Shown: positions 56,572 to 59,517 of the stretch, one piece after another
Numbering within the stretch: position 1 is the stretch's first letter
How the letters are laid out: every line of letters begins with the position of its first letter
Assembly: GCA_964576115.1 (NCBI GenBank)
Contig: CAZNUA010000021.1
Location: forward strand, 1 to 59,517
Direction: 5' to 3'
Length of the DNA stretch: 59,517 nucleotides
From: an uncultured Gemmatimonadota bacterium
Lineage (GTDB): Bacteria > Blakebacterota > Blakebacteria > Blakebacterales > Blakebacteraceae
Notes under the pieces: model-generated
Databases searched by the model: none
The model's input: the letters and a program-made list of their open reading frames with translations, nothing else
What the model was told of the DNA's origin: nothing
Program-made: the position numbers and the translations under genes

Positions 56572-58857
56572 CTAGAACCGAAAGAGGTAGCTGGCTTTGA
56601 AGAATATGCTTCGCGATCGCTGGTAGAATGTCCGGCAGGCGGAATCATCAAGCCACTCGTCATCCCGCCATTCCAGGTTCTCGTGCAACGAACCGTATCC
56701 GAGATGCATGACCGTACCCGGGATCAGAGTGAATGAGGCCAGCAAATCTGTCAGTATCACCTCACGGTGGCTGTCGTAGTTGAACAGCGCGCGCACGAAG
56801 AAATATTCGTTGAACTGATAGGTCGTCCGCGACTGCAGGATGCCCACCGTGTACTGATTCCGCCCCGTAGCGGGATTTTCCAGCGTTTCATACACATAGG
56901 AAAAGAACTGATTGAAGTTCTCGGTCGGTTGGAGCGTCACCTGAAAGCGCCAGTTGATCGAGTCGCCCATATAATGATTGAGCGGATCGTAGAAGATCGC
57001 ATCCCCGATCCGGAAAATGGAGAAGACGTTCAACCACCGTGTGAACTGCACGCCGCTCCAAAAACGGTAGAACCGCTTGTGATAGACGACACCTCCCCAG
57101 CTCTCACCGTTGAGGTTGGCATCGATACGAAACCAGCCGTTCCAGGCCATGAACGGATTGATCACGATCTGGGTGAAGTACTCATTCAGCTCGCTCACCC
57201 GGTTATGACGGAAGAAGCCGTAGGTAAAAACACGCAGCCGTCGGATATGGGGGAAGACATCGGGATCGGGGTAGAAAAGCGGGCAGAGATAGTAATAGAG
57301 ATGAGAAAAGCCCGTGCGCCTGAAGTAGGCCGTATCCATGTCGAAATCGTCGTCGAAGTGCTCGAACATCAGCTGAGCCTCGAGCGGTTGCGAATAATAG
57401 TCCCAGGTGAAATGGAAGGCGCTCCCGTTGACGGCACTTTCAGCCATCGGGGCACGAGTGGTCGAATAGAGAACGTGGCTGTAAATGGTCTGGTACTCCC
57501 TGAAGCGGAGGAACAGGTCGGCCCCGAGAACCCGATTGTAGCTTTCTCCCCACTCCCGACCGCTGTAGAGTGCGCCGGTATAGTTCTCACCCCCCAGCGA
57601 GTGCTTGATCCGCCCGATCGTGAAATCGGCGTTCCGGCCGGGATAGGGATTGCTCCCGGCCTCGTACTCCCGGCCCGCTGATTCATCACCGGCGCCCAGC
57701 AGGGAAAAAGTGGTCCGGCCGGCTTCGCCGGTCAGTTTGGCGCCCCACTGCGGATCGACGATGTACCGCGTGTGAACGGTCGTCCGCATGTTGCTCTCTT
57801 CACTCGTGCCGGCGAGGTTGAAGAGATTGCCCGATTCCATGAAGAAGGGACGCTTCTCGGTGAAGAAGAGCGGGTAACGCTGGTTCACCTCGATCTGGAA
57901 GGCATCGCTCTCGACCTGGCTGAAATCGGGATTGAGGGTGGCTTCGACTGCCAGGGAGGAGGTGAGGTTGTACTTCATGGATACTCCGACCTCGTTGACT
58001 GTCTCCATCGACGACCAATGGTCGGGATCGAGCCGGTCCTGAATCGAACCGGACGTAAAGGCGGGCAGGATCTCGATCTTGCGCTGGTTGTTCAGTCCTT
58101 CATAGGCGATCACCTGCGTGTGCCCCAGAAAACCCTGTCCGACGGGTACTTCGGGCCAGGTTCCTTCCAGGTTCAAGCGGTTGATCCGCCGGAAAAAGAT
58201 CACTCCCATGCGGACTTCGTCACCGCTCTGAAAGCGGAGACTGCGCAGGGGAATCCTGATCTCGACGGTATACCCGTCATCGACGATTCGGGCGCCGCAG
58301 TACCACACCCAGTCGACCGAGGTATCGTTGACGCCGGTCGATGCCAGACAGAGCTGGTCTCCCTGGATTCCATTGGGGTTGACGTGAAACTGATACAGAC
58401 CCTGCCCGTTTCCGGCGGCATCGAGCCCGACACCGACCCAGTCTTCTTCCCAGATGTTATCCCGGCTGCGGACCGAGGTTGTCATCTGCCCCGGGGCGGG
58501 GTCGGAACAGGAGAAAGCGAAGTACAGATTATCGGCATCATATGCGGCCCACACGCGGGTACGATAGGGCAGGACCTCGCCCGACACCGTCCAGTACGAG
58601 ATGAAGTCCTCAGAACAGATCGGCGCCGCGGCCCAGGTCTCATCATCCAGTTCCCCGTCGAGAACGGGTGCGGAATCGATCCGTACCGGGTGCAGAAGGC
58701 GGGGATCGTCAACCTGTCCACTAGCGGTCAGCGGTGAAGAGAACGCGATCCAGACAGTCAGAACAGCAACCAGCGGAACCGGTACAGGGCAGGGATTGAA
58801 TCCTGCCGCCCGTGCCTTCCCGCGCACGCAGATATCCAGTGTCTCGTGAGAGTTCAT
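56572..58857 (-). CDS. CBM9-like/DUF5916 protein
   Basis: PVLDGELDD..W, YDADNLYFAF, FHVNPNGIQGD, EIRIPLRSLRF, NPDFSQVESD, EKRPFFME, C-terminal FFKASYLFRF. Confidence 0.9.
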   Translation of the reverse strand: MNSHETLDICVRGKARAAGFNPCPVPVPLVAVLTVWIAFSSPLTASGQVDDPRLLHPVRIDSAPVLDGELDDETWAAAPICSEDFISYWTVSGEVLPYRTRVWAAYDADNLYFAFSCSDPAPGQMTTSVRSRDNIWEEDWVGVGLDAAGNGQGLYQFHVNPNGIQGDQLCLASTGVNDTSVDWVWYCGARIVDDGYTVEIRIPLRSLRFQSGDEVRMGVIFFRRINRLNLEGTWPEVPVGQGFLGHTQVIAYEGLNNQRKIEILPAFTSGSIQDRLDPDHWSSMETVNEVGVSMKYNLTSSLAVEATLNPDFSQVESDAFQIEVNQRYPLFFTEKRPFFMESGNLFNLAGTSEESNMRTTVHTRYIVDPQWGAKLTGEAGRTTFSLLGAGDESAGREYEAGSNPYPGRNADFTIGRIKHSLGGENYTGALYSGREWGESYNRVLGADLFLRFREYQTIYSHVLYSTTRAPMAESAVNGSAFHFTWDYYSQPLEAQLMFEHFDDDFDMDTAYFRRTGFSHLYYYLCPLFYPDPDVFPHIRRLRVFTYGFFRHNRVSELNEYFTQIVINPFMAWNGWFRIDANLNGESWGGVVYHKRFYRFWSGVQFTRWLNVFSIFRIGDAIFYDPLNHYMGDSINWRFQVTLQPTENFNQFFSYVYETLENPATGRNQYTVGILQSRTTYQFNEYFFVRALFNYDSHREVILTDLLASFTLIPGTVMHLGYGSLHENLEWRDDEWLDDSACRTFYQRSRSIFFKASYLFRF

Positions 58858-58912
58858 AGCCCCGGTTTCGGATCAGAGGAATTCATCTCTGCCAGAGAGA
58901 TACGATACTATT

Positions 58913-58929
58913 GCATAGAAGTTCTAGGC
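58913..58929. promoter_or_regulatory. palindromic operator matching the 34052-34070 site
   Basis: GCATAGA-AGT-TCTAGGC; arms CATAGA and TCTAGG are identical to the site upstream of the 34129 permease; 55 bp upstream of ATG 58857. Confidence 0.65.
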
Positions 58930-59018
58930 CTGAGACAGGTATTCAGCTTGCCCTGAGCACAGACGAGGAGCGCCTGTCATCGCACCATGGTATCACGATT
59001 CCGTCACCCGATCTGTCA

Positions 59019-59517
59019 TTATCCTCCCTCGACCGACCGGAAATCCCAGGCCTGGATGACCGGAGTTCCATCCTCGAGCGAATCGCGGCAGTATACTCTC
59101 TCGGCGGTGATGAGCCACACTCCGGACGGGAGATCCTGTGTGAAGAGCCAGAGACCGTTGCGGGAGAATACCTGATACCGATCGGGTGCTCCGGTGATCG
59201 TCGGATCCGTGAATTCTCTGATCCAGAGTCGACCGGAGCGGTCCCAGTGCAAGGGGGTGTTCTCGATGAGGGCGGCATGTTCGGGGAACCGGATGTGGCG
59301 CCGCACCTGAGCCGCACGGTCCGGTTCGCGGATATGTTCGAAGTACCACTCCTTCATGGCAGAGGTTACCGGCACGGGATCGACCGGGATGAGAGTTGCC
59401 CACCGATCACCTGTCCGCACGTCATAGAAATCCACCCGGAATTCCTTCCCCCAGGACCAGGCGACAGGCAGGTCGGGAGCCAGGGCAACCTGGGGGCGCT
59501 GGATGGTAAAGGGTATT
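59019..59517 (-). CDS. 6-bladed beta-propeller protein, C-terminal part (5' end outside window)
   Basis: Open from the window edge: APDLPVAWSWG..RVDFY, FPEH, DRSGRLWI, YQVFSRNGLWL; paralogous to 55214-56395. Confidence 0.85.
   Translation of the reverse strand, partial: IPFTIQRPQVALAPDLPVAWSWGKEFRVDFYDVRTGDRWATLIPVDPVPVTSAMKEWYFEHIREPDRAAQVRRHIRFPEHAALIENTPLHWDRSGRLWIREFTDPTITGAPDRYQVFSRNGLWLFTQDLPSGVWLITAERVYCRDSLEDGTPVIQAWDFRSVEGG

Overview
GC-rich (visually about 65%) bacterial scaffold with three 100-N gaps. The gene content (acidobacterial-type PadR regulators, four orphan ADOP-type ABC permeases, several 6-bladed beta-propeller proteins, many secreted peptidases) resembles Gemmatimonadota/Acidobacteriota/FCB-group metagenome genomes, but taxonomy cannot be fixed from sequence alone. 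Recognisable loci are addAB, rtcB, a sialic-acid catabolic cluster (Kelch-SSS fusion, nanA, AGE epimerase, creatininase-family gene) interrupted by an Ala-Cys-Gly ammonia-lyase and a thioesterase, DUF89 and HD genes, and a B12 radical SAM gene. The standout is a minus-strand unit at 13609-16157: a sigma70 promoter, a 25-codon leader peptide with Trp-Trp-Trp, a complete antiterminator/terminator, a full-length SbnI-like free serine kinase and trpB2. It looks like a Trp-attenuated two-gene O-phosphoserine-dependent indole-to-tryptophan pathway. Also seen are a family of related 6-3-6 palindromes (candidate PadR operators), an internally deleted IS91-like transposase remnant and a tadA fragment. 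No tRNA, rRNA or CRISPR array was found. All family calls come from motif recognition, not database searches.
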